Positions 9,905 to 18,591 are shown, counted from the stretch's first letter. The stretch: DNA of 27,791 nucleotides from a virus (IMGVR_UViG_3300035703_000359:1-27791); one strand, 5' to 3'. The notes: generated from the sequence alone by a model not told the origin. A program made the numbers and translations.

Positions 9905-10534
9905 ATGGAAAAAGATAAAAAGAAAATGAAGATCATTGAGTATGTTATCAATGATGATGATCAAAAGACTGGAGTCTATTGCATGTCACTTGTAGAGAAT
10001 CCTGCCATCCTGGTCAACTGGATAGCATTATCTGCACAAGAGAAGGTAGAGGAGCTAAAGTTCGCAGCAGTGGAGAGTGGAGAGCAGAGGATGCTGTATG
10101 GTCCAGTGATGATCCCTGACCAACTTATCTACCGCTACAATGACAAGACCAAAGAGGAGTGGATGGCTACCTACAAAGCAGAGACTATCAAAGCCATTGC
10201 TCAGAAGTACATGAGAAACAGCATGCACCAATACACCAATGTAGAGCATGCCATACCAGTGCAAGGAGTGAACATAGTAGAGACCTGGATACAAGCAGAT
10301 ACAGAGAAAGACAAGTCAGCTGCATTGGGTTTCACTACACCCATTGGCACCTGGTATATTGGAGGGCATGTAGAAGATGATGGCTTGTGGCAAGATGTAA
10401 AGAATGGAGTATTCAAGGGATGGTCACTAGAGGGGTACTTCCTAGAGAATGAGGAGAAGATGATGGATGAGTACGAAGTAGAGAAGATACTGGATCAGAT
10501 GATTGAGGAGCTTAACATCTTAGAGCATCCATGA
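9905..10534 (+). CDS. Prohead protease, XkdF-like
   Basis: SLVENPAI, RMLYGPVMIPDQLIYR, NVEH, P.GTW and KGWSLEG motifs; located upstream of scaffold and capsid. Confidence 0.8.
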   Translation: MEKDKKKMKIIEYVINDDDQKTGVYCMSLVENPAILVNWIALSAQEKVEELKFAAVESGEQRMLYGPVMIPDQLIYRYNDKTKEEWMATYKAETIKAIAQKYMRNSMHQYTNVEHAIPVQGVNIVETWIQADTEKDKSAALGFTTPIGTWYIGGHVEDDGLWQDVKNGVFKGWSLEGYFLENEEKMMDEYEVEKILDQMIEELNILEHP

Positions 10535-10755
10535 GAGACTTCATGAAAAAGCTTATCAGTGCCAATGACGATATGAGCTCCAAGAGATTTGCAGCTCTTA
10601 TCTGTACTGCCACTGTGATAGTCCTTGCATTTATTGCAACAACTGCTGATGAGGACAAAATATGTCCAGAGTTCATGTATGATGCATTGTGCTTAATAGC
10701 AGGGGGAGGACTAGGCTTGTCAGTGATTGAGAAGATATTTGAAAAAAGAAAATAG
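10531..10755 (+). CDS. Two-TM holin-like membrane protein
   Basis: SSKR followed by two hydrophobic helices and a basic C-terminus. Confidence 0.55.
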   Translation: MRDFMKKLISANDDMSSKRFAALICTATVIVLAFIATTADEDKICPEFMYDALCLIAGGGLGLSVIEKIFEKRK

Positions 10756-10760
10756 ACATT

Positions 10761-10770
10761 TATACTAAGA
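10761..10770 (+). promoter_or_regulatory. Candidate late promoter/initiation motif TATACTAAGA
   Basis: Identical to 666-675; 3 nt before the scaffold ATG. Confidence 0.55.
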
Positions 10771-10773
10771 CAC

Positions 10774-11427
10774 ATGGAAGTAAAAGACCGCATTTATCAG
10801 ATTATTGCTAAAGCTCAGGAGAAGCTTTCAGCACATAACATAAAGCTCTCAGTGGATGAGTCTGCTGAGGTAACAAAAGAGGAGACTGCAGAGGCTCTAA
10901 AGTTCATGGTAGAAACAGCACTAGAAGATGGCACTATCGTATTCACACCGGCTGAGAGCTGGGATCTTGGGGTTGAAATTTACACTAAGGATGCTGATGG
11001 CAATCCTGTGGCTGTTGCTGACGGTGACTATATTGTGGCCGATGGCACTGTGCTTTCAGTACTTGAGGGCAAAGTATCAGCTATTACTCCCAAAGAGGAT
11101 GAAGTAGAAGTAGAGGTGACAGTAGAGGCTGAGCAATCAGAACAAGCTGAGGTATTGACCAAGCAGTATGTAGATGATGCATTGACTGCAATCACCGAAC
11201 AAATCACCGAACTAAAGGCCGAATTTCAAAAGATACTTTCTAGCAAAGAGATTGAGATGTCTGAGGTAGCTAAAGAGCTTGACACAGTGAAAGCTGCATA
11301 CTCTGCATTATCAAATCAAGCAGCAGCTGTATCTGTTAAGCAGACAGCAGTAAAAAAAGAAATCAAGCCAATGATCGAGTACAAAAGTGCTGCAGATCGC
11401 ATCAAGGCAATTATCGCAAATAAATAA
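10774..11427 (+). CDS. Capsid scaffolding protein
   Basis: Acidic; LEDGT and DG.Y...DG..L.V..G.V motifs, then a coiled coil and a short basic C-terminal helix. Sits immediately before the capsid gene. Confidence 0.75.
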   Translation: MEVKDRIYQIIAKAQEKLSAHNIKLSVDESAEVTKEETAEALKFMVETALEDGTIVFTPAESWDLGVEIYTKDADGNPVAVADGDYIVADGTVLSVLEGKVSAITPKEDEVEVEVTVEAEQSEQAEVLTKQYVDDALTAITEQITELKAEFQKILSSKEIEMSEVAKELDTVKAAYSALSNQAAAVSVKQTAVKKEIKPMIEYKSAADRIKAIIANK

Positions 11428-11446
11428 ATTTAATAAATAGAAAAAA

Positions 11447-12394
11447 ATGGCAAGTACATTAACAATCTCTAGCAGCACATACGCAGGTGAATTAGCCTTA
11501 CCGTATATCCACGCTGCTCTTTTGACTGGAGATACCATCGCTAACCGCTATGTGACCGTCAAAGAAAATGTAAAATTCAAGGCAGTATTGAAGAAATTAT
11601 CTTCTGCTAACTTGGTACAATCTACATCACCTTTCCCATGTGATTTCAGTGTAGGATCATCTGCATTGACATTGGCTGAGGCTGTGTTGACTGTAACTGA
11701 TTTGAAGACTAATATCGAAGTATGTAAAGATCAATTTGCTCAAGACTGGGAAGCTATGCAGACTGGTCGTGGTTTCATCAATGATGTTATCCCTGCTAAT
11801 TTCGCTGACTTCTTATTGACTTACTTAGCTGGCAAAATCTCTGAACAGATTGAGTTCAATTTGTGGGTAGGTAACTTCTCAGGATCAGTAGGTGGACCTA
11901 GCGGATATACTGCTTTCACTGGTTTGTTGAAGCAAATCTCTGACGCTAAGTCTGGAACTCCTGACTATAACATCACTGCTGCTTTGAGTGCTGGTAATAT
12001 CATGACTAACATTGATAATACAGTAGCTGTTATCCCTGCATCTATCATGGGATCACCTAACACTAAGTGTTACATGAGCAGAAAGACTTTCCAAATGTAC
12101 TTACAAGCTTGTATGGCTGCTGGTACTGGAGGTCCACTTCAGCCTGCTGATAACGCTATCATGAAGCAAGTATATGGATATGAAATCTATGTATGTCCAG
12201 GTTTCTCAAATGACTGCTTATTATTCGCTCAGCCTGAGAACTTATTCGTTGGTACTGACTTAGTATCTGACATGAATGAGGTGAAGGTAGTAGACATGAG
12301 CTTGACTGATGCTAGCGACAATGTAAGAATGGCGATGAGATACCGTTTCGGAACTCAAGTAGGTTTCGCTGGTGATGTAGCTGTAGCATTCTAA
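11447..12394 (+). CDS. Major capsid protein
   Basis: 315 aa with TYAGE, NVKFK, CK..F..DW, NLF.GTDL.SD.NEVKVVDM motifs; A-rich leader; followed by a terminator. Confidence 0.9.
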   Translation: MASTLTISSSTYAGELALPYIHAALLTGDTIANRYVTVKENVKFKAVLKKLSSANLVQSTSPFPCDFSVGSSALTLAEAVLTVTDLKTNIEVCKDQFAQDWEAMQTGRGFINDVIPANFADFLLTYLAGKISEQIEFNLWVGNFSGSVGGPSGYTAFTGLLKQISDAKSGTPDYNITAALSAGNIMTNIDNTVAVIPASIMGSPNTKCYMSRKTFQMYLQACMAAGTGGPLQPADNAIMKQVYGYEIYVCPGFSNDCLLFAQPENLFVGTDLVSDMNEVKVVDMSLTDASDNVRMAMRYRFGTQVGFAGDVAVAF

Positions 12395-12412
12395 GACTAA
12401 CACATCTAACAT

Positions 12413-12446
12413 AAAAAGGGGCGGGGTATTTGGCTCCGCCTTTTTT
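12413..12446 (+). terminator. Rho-independent terminator after the capsid gene
   Basis: Stem GGCGGGG (12420-12426) / CTCCGCC (12434-12440) followed by T6. The upstream A5 could make it bidirectional. Confidence 0.85.
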
Positions 12447-12475
12447 ATAGATACTAACAATAAAAAATTAAAGAA

Positions 12476-13009
12476 ATGGCATGTTTAGCAACAGCGGGTT
12501 TTCTAGTAGATTGTAAGAACTATGTAGGTGGTATCAAGGCCTTTTGGATTGGTCCATACGCTACAATTAGCAATGCAGCTACAATAGATCCCACAACAGA
12601 ACAAATCACTGCACTCCCAGCAGCAACTTGGGAGACCTACAACATGAAGCCTCACACTGGAAACTTTGTGGAGGCAGCAACTGTATCAAAAGAGAATAAC
12701 ACTATTTTCTACACTCAGACTTTAACTGCTCAGTTCACTAAGCTTTCTGCAGCTCGCAGATTACAGCTTGACACTTTCAGCAGAGGCCGTCATGTGATCA
12801 TTGTACAAGACAACAATGACAACTATTGGCTAATGGGTTACAAGGATGGTGCAGAGGTAGCTACTGAGTCTACTGAGACTGGTACTACCAAGATTGATTT
12901 CAACGGATACAAAATCACTTTCACTGCAGAGGAGATACACAAAGCATATCGCTTAGCTGACTCTATCGTGAATGACTTCGATGGTACAATAGACGCACCT
13001 ACTCTCTAA
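12476..13009 (+). CDS. Major tail (tube) protein
   Basis: MAC.....CK..VGGIK...ENNTIFYTQTL...IVQDNNDNYWLMG...G....D.NGY pattern; 177 aa. Confidence 0.75.
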   Translation: MACLATAGFLVDCKNYVGGIKAFWIGPYATISNAATIDPTTEQITALPAATWETYNMKPHTGNFVEAATVSKENNTIFYTQTLTAQFTKLSAARRLQLDTFSRGRHVIIVQDNNDNYWLMGYKDGAEVATESTETGTTKIDFNGYKITFTAEEIHKAYRLADSIVNDFDGTIDAPTL

Positions 13010-13017
13010 GAGATAGC

Positions 13018-13419
13018 ATGTTTTATGTACAAACTAATACAGCCGCACAGACAGCTTACCTCTCTCTAAAAGAGGGGGAGCTGATCTTGGCTGCTACTTA
13101 TACTCACTACCTAGTGAAGCTCGTACATGAGAACACTGGTAAGGAGTATTTTTTCATTCCAACAGTACTAAGTGAGAACAACAGAGTTACTCACTTGCAA
13201 TTTGACACTAATGTCAATGACCCCTTGAATGGGGGTATCTTGCTTGTAGATCCGGGCAGATATTGTTACAATATTTATGCACAAAATAGTGGGAGTAATT
13301 TAGACCCATTATTATCTTTGGGACTGGTAGAGGAAGGTTTCATGGAAGCTACAACGGGAGTGACCTACTATCAGACTCCATCATTTACTACACCATCAGA
13401 CTACATATACAATGGATAA
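13018..13419 (+). CDS. Hypothetical virion protein (head completion?)
   Basis: G.Y.Y.IY.Q....NLDP......VEEG motif; lies between tail tube and portal. Confidence 0.55.
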   Translation: MFYVQTNTAAQTAYLSLKEGELILAATYTHYLVKLVHENTGKEYFFIPTVLSENNRVTHLQFDTNVNDPLNGGILLVDPGRYCYNIYAQNSGSNLDPLLSLGLVEEGFMEATTGVTYYQTPSFTTPSDYIYNG

Positions 13420-15703
13420 TATAACCAACTTAGCTTTTGCGAAATATATCAAAGTAGAGGAAGTAGAGAAAGAGACTACAAAGGGGTGGGTTGAATGGGG
13501 AGAAGGAAATGCAATGCCTCAGTATTTGATAGACCTCTATCAATCTTCTCCGGTGCATGGCAGCTTAGTCAATAGTATCTCATTCATGATAGCTGGTAAA
13601 GGTTTCAAGAGTGAGAATCCAGCAAGCCAGGTGAACATGGCAAAGCTTGAGCTAGATAATATATTAGGCTCATCTGCACTAGACCTAAAGCTACAAGGTG
13701 GAGTCTATTGGGAACTCATCTACAGCATGGATCACACTCGCATTGTGCAAGTAAATCACTTGCCTTTCGAGAATGTGAGACTAGCTATATCAGATGAGGA
13801 AGATCATGTATGTGGAGTATGGTATAGCAGAGACTGGCAAGACATCAGAAAGCAAAAGAACAAGCCCGAATATGTACCTCTTTTCAATCCCGAAGATCAA
13901 TCACCAAGACAAGTGCTTTTCTTCCATCTGCATAGTGTGGGATCATTGTACTATCCTCGTCCCGATTATATCAGTAGTAAAGATTGGATTGAACTGACTA
14001 GACATATCAGTGAGTACCATGTGAACAATATACTGAATGGTTTCTTTCCATCCTTTCACATTAACTTCCCCAACGGTGAGCCATCACCCGAAGCTCAGAG
14101 ATTGATCTCTAGAGAGATTGAGAGAAATCTATCCGGCACTCAGAACGCTGGTAAGTTCCTCATCACATTCACTAAGGGTAAAGATGAGGCACCAGTGATA
14201 CAGCCATTTCCAGTCACTGATGCTGACAAGCAATATGAGTACCTCTCTAAAGAGGCTACCTCTCAAATCATTGTGGCTCACAGAGTGACATCACCTCTCC
14301 TTATGGGAGTGAGAACAGATGGCAATGGGTTGGGCTCTAACACTGATGAGATTAAGGCTGCTCTATATGTATTCACTAAACAAGTAATTGAGCCATTTCA
14401 ACGCATCATCACAGATGCAGTAGAGCAGATACTAGCATTCAATGGAGTACCATCACAAGTGACCATTGAAAAGAATGACATCATTGAGATAGCACAAGAG
14501 CAAGGTGCTCTACCATCTGATACAACTGCTGCTGCACCAATAGATGTAGCAAGTCAAGCACTCAATGGAGCGCAGATAGCATCTCTACTTGAGATCATTG
14601 TACAGACTACAGCGAATGTATTGACAGTTCCATCAGCAAAAGCTATCACTACTGCATCATTCCCAATGCTAAGCCAAGAGCAGATCAATAGCATCTTTGA
14701 TAACCTATCTACTACACCTATCAATCCAGCAACTGTACTCAGTGCTTTAAAAAAAAAAGTACTAGCTGCGGAGGAGGAGGAGAACTCTTTTGCACCCACT
14801 AAAGAAATGGCAGCAGAAGCTGAGCTAGGTCTGAAGTGGAGAGAGGAGTACAAGAGAGGAGGAACTGAGGTAGGAGTAGCAAGAGCTAGAGACATATCTA
14901 ACATGCGCAATCTATCACTAGATACTGTTACTAGAATGAATAGCTACTTTGCTAGACATGAAGTGGACAAGGAAGCTCTAGGGTGGAATCAGGGAGAGGA
15001 TGGATTTCCAACAGCAGGCAGAATAGCATGGCAGTTATGGGGTGGAGATCCAGGTAAAGAATGGGCAGCACGAATACTAGAAAGAGCAAATGCACAATCA
15101 TGTGCAGGGGGATGGAATGACTTCTCAGATGAGCAAGGTGCAGCATTCATTGAGCAACTAAAAGCAAAAGCTGAGTACATCAATGATGAGTGGGAGTTAC
15201 TTAGTGAGGAGAGAGTCACTGATGCACTAGCGGAGGAGGACTTTGTACTACAGTGTCAGTCACTTGATAGCTATGCTAAAGGTGATGAGTCAGAGAGAAG
15301 TCAGTGGGGTGATGCTGGACTATACAAGCTACGCTATGCATACAGTCAAAATCTATCAGCTAATAGCAGAGACTTCTGCATTGAGATGGTAGCAATGAGC
15401 AAAGCTGGTGCAGTGTTCAAATATGAGGATATTCAACAGATGAGTGATGATGGGGTGAATGGTGAGTTCGCTCCTGCAGGGCAGAGTGAATACGATATCT
15501 TCCGGTGGGTCGGGGGAGCCTACTGTCACCATTTTTGGAAGCGTCAGATATACTTTAGAAAACAAGAGAAAGGAAAGTTCCTACCTAACAAAGGACTAGA
15601 GAATGATAAGAGAGTGGGGAATGTACCTTATGTAAAGCCGAAAGGCATTGAGGGCATTGCACCAATTAACAGACCAGGCAGAGGATCACTAAAATACGGA
15701 TAA
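13412..15703 (+). CDS. Portal protein with long C-terminal extension (763 aa)
   Basis: Portal motifs in the first ~355 aa: WGEGN.MPQYLIDLY..SP.H, YYP.PDY, G..NAGKF, I..AHRVTSP.L.G. Further modules follow. Confidence 0.85.
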   Translation: MDNITNLAFAKYIKVEEVEKETTKGWVEWGEGNAMPQYLIDLYQSSPVHGSLVNSISFMIAGKGFKSENPASQVNMAKLELDNILGSSALDLKLQGGVYWELIYSMDHTRIVQVNHLPFENVRLAISDEEDHVCGVWYSRDWQDIRKQKNKPEYVPLFNPEDQSPRQVLFFHLHSVGSLYYPRPDYISSKDWIELTRHISEYHVNNILNGFFPSFHINFPNGEPSPEAQRLISREIERNLSGTQNAGKFLITFTKGKDEAPVIQPFPVTDADKQYEYLSKEATSQIIVAHRVTSPLLMGVRTDGNGLGSNTDEIKAALYVFTKQVIEPFQRIITDAVEQILAFNGVPSQVTIEKNDIIEIAQEQGALPSDTTAAAPIDVASQALNGAQIASLLEIIVQTTANVLTVPSAKAITTASFPMLSQEQINSIFDNLSTTPINPATVLSALKKKVLAAEEEENSFAPTKEMAAEAELGLKWREEYKRGGTEVGVARARDISNMRNLSLDTVTRMNSYFARHEVDKEALGWNQGEDGFPTAGRIAWQLWGGDPGKEWAARILERANAQSCAGGWNDFSDEQGAAFIEQLKAKAEYINDEWELLSEERVTDALAEEDFVLQCQSLDSYAKGDESERSQWGDAGLYKLRYAYSQNLSANSRDFCIEMVAMSKAGAVFKYEDIQQMSDDGVNGEFAPAGQSEYDIFRWVGGAYCHHFWKRQIYFRKQEKGKFLPNKGLENDKRVGNVPYVKPKGIEGIAPINRPGRGSLKYG
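14746..14802 (+). other. Candidate programmed frameshift signal within the portal gene
   Basis: TTT + A10 (14749-14758), 8-nt spacer, 10-bp stem 14767-14776 / 14785-14794, then a -1 frame stop at 14800-14802. Confidence 0.55.
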
Positions 15704-15707
15704 TAAA

Positions 15708-16280
15708 ATGGCAGTACTACCGGAAATACTTTTAATTGATGAGACATTCATCAAGAAATATACAGCAATTAATGACAGTGTAGACACTGCCATCATCAGA
15801 CCATGCATCTATCTTGCACAAGACAAGTATCTAGTGAACTATCTAGGTACTGATTTGACTAATAAGCTCAAAGCAGATGCACAAGCTGGCACCCTTGCAG
15901 GGGACTATGAGACACTCATTGACCAATATGTGAGAAAGATGCTAGTGTGGTGGACCATGATTGAGCTATATCCCTTGCTAGTATACAAGCATGACAATGG
16001 TAATATAGTCAGTAGAGACAGTGAGAATGCCACAAGCATCAGCGAGAGTGAACTGCACAAGCTCATGGATGCAGCAAAAGACAACGCAAGATATTACACA
16101 CAGAGAATGCTAGACTACATCCGACAAAATGTATCTTTATTCCCTGAATATAGCAGCAATACATCACCCGATCAGTCACCCTATACACAACTGTATACAC
16201 AGACTGGATTGATGTACTCACAAGGTCTAAAACAATCTACACTACGATGGTCAATAAAAGACTTCCTACCAGTCAAGTAG
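15708..16280 (+). CDS. Head-tail adaptor/connector
   Basis: AQD.Y...YLGT.L...L...Y..L...Y...ML and FPEY pattern; directly after the portal. Confidence 0.65.
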   Translation: MAVLPEILLIDETFIKKYTAINDSVDTAIIRPCIYLAQDKYLVNYLGTDLTNKLKADAQAGTLAGDYETLIDQYVRKMLVWWTMIELYPLLVYKHDNGNIVSRDSENATSISESELHKLMDAAKDNARYYTQRMLDYIRQNVSLFPEYSSNTSPDQSPYTQLYTQTGLMYSQGLKQSTLRWSIKDFLPVK

Positions 16281-16372
16281 ACAAGAGGAAAGAGTATGAA
16301 ATGAAAATGAAATCTTTCTACAATAAGATGATGAATGACTTAAAAAAAAGAGAGAGTAATGGTAACAAATAA
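16247..16372 (+). CDS. Small basic 41-aa ORF (not in ORF track)
   Basis: MVNKRLPTSQVDKRKEYEMKMKSFYNKMMNDLKKRESNGNK; bridges the adaptor-holin gap and overlaps both genes. Confidence 0.4.
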   Translation: MVNKRLPTSQVDKRKEYEMKMKSFYNKMMNDLKKRESNGNK

Positions 16373-16550
16373 CGACACACCAGGTACAATAGGTGCAGTC
16401 ACATCAATAAGCATGGCATCAGTAGCAAACCTAGAGCAAGTGGAGATCATTGTTAAGATCATTGCTGGTCTAGTCGCTATTGTGGTGGGAGTTATGACTA
16501 TCATCTACTATCATAAGAAAATAAAAAAGCTGAATGCTGACAATAAGTAA
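16359..16550 (+). CDS. Putative holin
   Basis: 63 aa with a hydrophobic helix and Lys-rich tail; overlaps the endolysin start. Confidence 0.6.
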   Translation: MVTNNDTPGTIGAVTSISMASVANLEQVEIIVKIIAGLVAIVVGVMTIIYYHKKIKKLNADNK

Positions 16551-17079
16551 CCTATCCTGGCTACAGGAAAAGTTCGCCATCAAGGGATACCAGTGGGAGA
16601 GATTTCACCTGGTGGGTATCAGAACAAAAGACTATGTACCCAATACTTTCTGTGACAACATCTTCTTGATTGATGGGGATAAGGCCTATTCATTCCATGC
16701 CACTACTAGACCAGGAAAGCACTGGTTAAAAAATCTACTCAATCCCAAAGGTACCGCTGTCCTCCAAGAGGGCCAGTACAAAAATAGCTGGAGGATAGGA
16801 CTGCATCAAGGCAAATATGAGGCACTTGTACAGATCATGCCAGTGAATGTATTCAGAGATGCCAACAGAGATGAAAAAGCAGATGTAGGGGGAGTGATAG
16901 ATAGGGGCATGTTTGGCATCAATATACACAGAGCGAATGCTAATTTGATGAGCAAGCTAGTGGACAAGTGGAGTGCAGGCTGTCAAGTGATAGCTGACCC
17001 CTCAGATTTTAATTTTTTAATAAAGAAATGCAAGGATAGTGGGAAGGGAGTATTCACCTATACCTTAATAAATGAGTAG
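16534..17079 (+). CDS. Putative endolysin, L,D-transpeptidase (YkuD)-like Cys peptidase
   Basis: GINIHRA...WSAGCQV matches the H-x(n)-S-x-G-C catalytic motif; follows the holin. Confidence 0.7.
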   Translation: MLTISNLSWLQEKFAIKGYQWERFHLVGIRTKDYVPNTFCDNIFLIDGDKAYSFHATTRPGKHWLKNLLNPKGTAVLQEGQYKNSWRIGLHQGKYEALVQIMPVNVFRDANRDEKADVGGVIDRGMFGINIHRANANLMSKLVDKWSAGCQVIADPSDFNFLIKKCKDSGKGVFTYTLINE

Positions 17080-18055
17080 AGCTAAGACTGTAGCTAGATT
17101 GACAGCAGAGGAGTACTGCAGAAATCATCAAGACATGCCTCACATGACACTTGCTAAACTCCTAAAGAAAGAGCATGGCAAGCTTTACAAGAATGCAGAG
17201 TCAGCAAGAGATTTGATAAGAATCATCAGGGGACAGAAAGGCTCTAGAAATCATAGAGAAACAACAGACAAGAGTCTCTATGTAGCCAAATCACCCTACT
17301 TCACACTGCCTAAATCAGCTATTGTCAAGCGGATGCCAGTCAATATCAAGGGCGAAAAGATACTTTTGCTCAAAGATATTCACTTTCCCTACCATGATGA
17401 GGAAGCTTTGAGCATTGCTCTGACCTATGGACTAGAGAAAGGCTGTGATACATTGTATCTTAATGGTGATATACTAGACTGCCACACGCTATCCAGGTGG
17501 GAGAAGGATCCTGAATCTAGGTCATTCTCTCAGGAGCTTGAGACAGTGAGGTCATTTCTCAAGATGGTATCCCCACTATTTAAAAAAGTGTACTACAAAG
17601 AGGGTAATCATGAGGAGAGGTACTGGAGATACCTATCATCACATGCACCGGAACTGGTAGAGATAGATGCATTCAACTTGCAGTCTCTTATGTGGCTAGA
17701 TCAGTATGGAGTAGAGTGGATTGATGGTAGGACATTTGCTAAGTTCAACAGCTTGAATGTAGTACATGGTCACGAATTTGGGCAGAATGTATTCAGTCCT
17801 GTAAACATTGCAAGGGGTCTCTACCTAAGAGCTAAGAGTCATGCAATCTGTGGACACTGGCATCAGACATCTGAACACAATGAGAAGGACATCAATGGTA
17901 AGATCATCACCACATGGTCTGTTGGTTGTCTCTGTGACTTATCACCTAGATACAGACCAGCTAATCAGTGGAATCATGGCTTTGCTATCTTGCACAGAGA
18001 CGGAAAAAATTTCCATGTAGAGAATAAGAAAATATATGAAGGCAAAGTATATTGA
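17072..18055 (+). CDS. Calcineurin-like metallophosphoesterase with basic N-terminal domain
   Basis: DIH, NGDILD, GNHE, HGH and GHWH motifs. Confidence 0.9.
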   Translation: MSRAKTVARLTAEEYCRNHQDMPHMTLAKLLKKEHGKLYKNAESARDLIRIIRGQKGSRNHRETTDKSLYVAKSPYFTLPKSAIVKRMPVNIKGEKILLLKDIHFPYHDEEALSIALTYGLEKGCDTLYLNGDILDCHTLSRWEKDPESRSFSQELETVRSFLKMVSPLFKKVYYKEGNHEERYWRYLSSHAPELVEIDAFNLQSLMWLDQYGVEWIDGRTFAKFNSLNVVHGHEFGQNVFSPVNIARGLYLRAKSHAICGHWHQTSEHNEKDINGKIITTWSVGCLCDLSPRYRPANQWNHGFAILHRDGKNFHVENKKIYEGKVY

Positions 18056-18341
18056 TGCAGTGATCATGATAAGCATTGCAGTACTATTATTGATAGCTGC
18101 AATCATTCAGAGCTGTGGCAGAAAGAAAGTGGAAGTAGTGACAGTGAGACATGACTCAATACAAAAAGTAATAGAGCAAAGAATTGACACACTTGTCAAG
18201 ACAAGAGTAAAAATCAAAGAGATATACCATGAGAAGATTGATACTATCTATCTGTATGATAGCATTGCCATTGATAGCAGCTACACAAAAGCTATCAAAA
18301 GACTCAGTGAGCTTGAGAAAGCTGGATACTTTAAGGATTGA
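18036..18341 (+). CDS. Spanin-like protein with N-terminal hydrophobic/lipoprotein signal
   Basis: Hydrophobic N-terminus ending IQSC (Cys27), then a charged domain; in the lysis cassette. Confidence 0.5.
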   Translation: MKAKYIDAVIMISIAVLLLIAAIIQSCGRKKVEVVTVRHDSIQKVIEQRIDTLVKTRVKIKEIYHEKIDTIYLYDSIAIDSSYTKAIKRLSELEKAGYFKD

Positions 18342-18591
18342 GAGGAGACTGGTAGTGATGGGAGTCACTAGGATGGAATATCTGCAGGCAGATAATGACA
18401 ATCTTAGTATGATAAATCACTCACTAAATGAGATAATTAGTCACAATGTGCAATATATTGCACAATTAGAGGGTGATATATCGCAAAAAAAGGACATTAT
18501 CAGTAAAAAAGAGAAACGTATAAGAGGATGGAGAACTGCTGCACTGGTAGAGGGTGGTATATTGGTGATCATTTTAGCTCTGATCTTATGA
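18229..18591 (+). CDS. Spanin-like partner (signal peptide, coiled coil, C-terminal TM)
   Basis: Overlaps the previous gene by 113 nt; MRRLILSICMIALPLIAATQ signal and terminal ILVIILALIL helix. Confidence 0.5.
   Translation: MRRLILSICMIALPLIAATQKLSKDSVSLRKLDTLRIERRLVVMGVTRMEYLQADNDNLSMINHSLNEIISHNVQYIAQLEGDISQKKDIISKKEKRIRGWRTAALVEGGILVIILALIL

Noticed and set aside
11190-11212. AATCACCGAAC direct repeat
   Set aside because: In-frame duplication (ITEQITEL) in the scaffold coiled coil.
16342-16349. A8 run that could fuse the 41-aa ORF to the holin by a +1 shift
   Set aside because: No stimulatory element seen; more simply the A-rich leader of the holin ATG.
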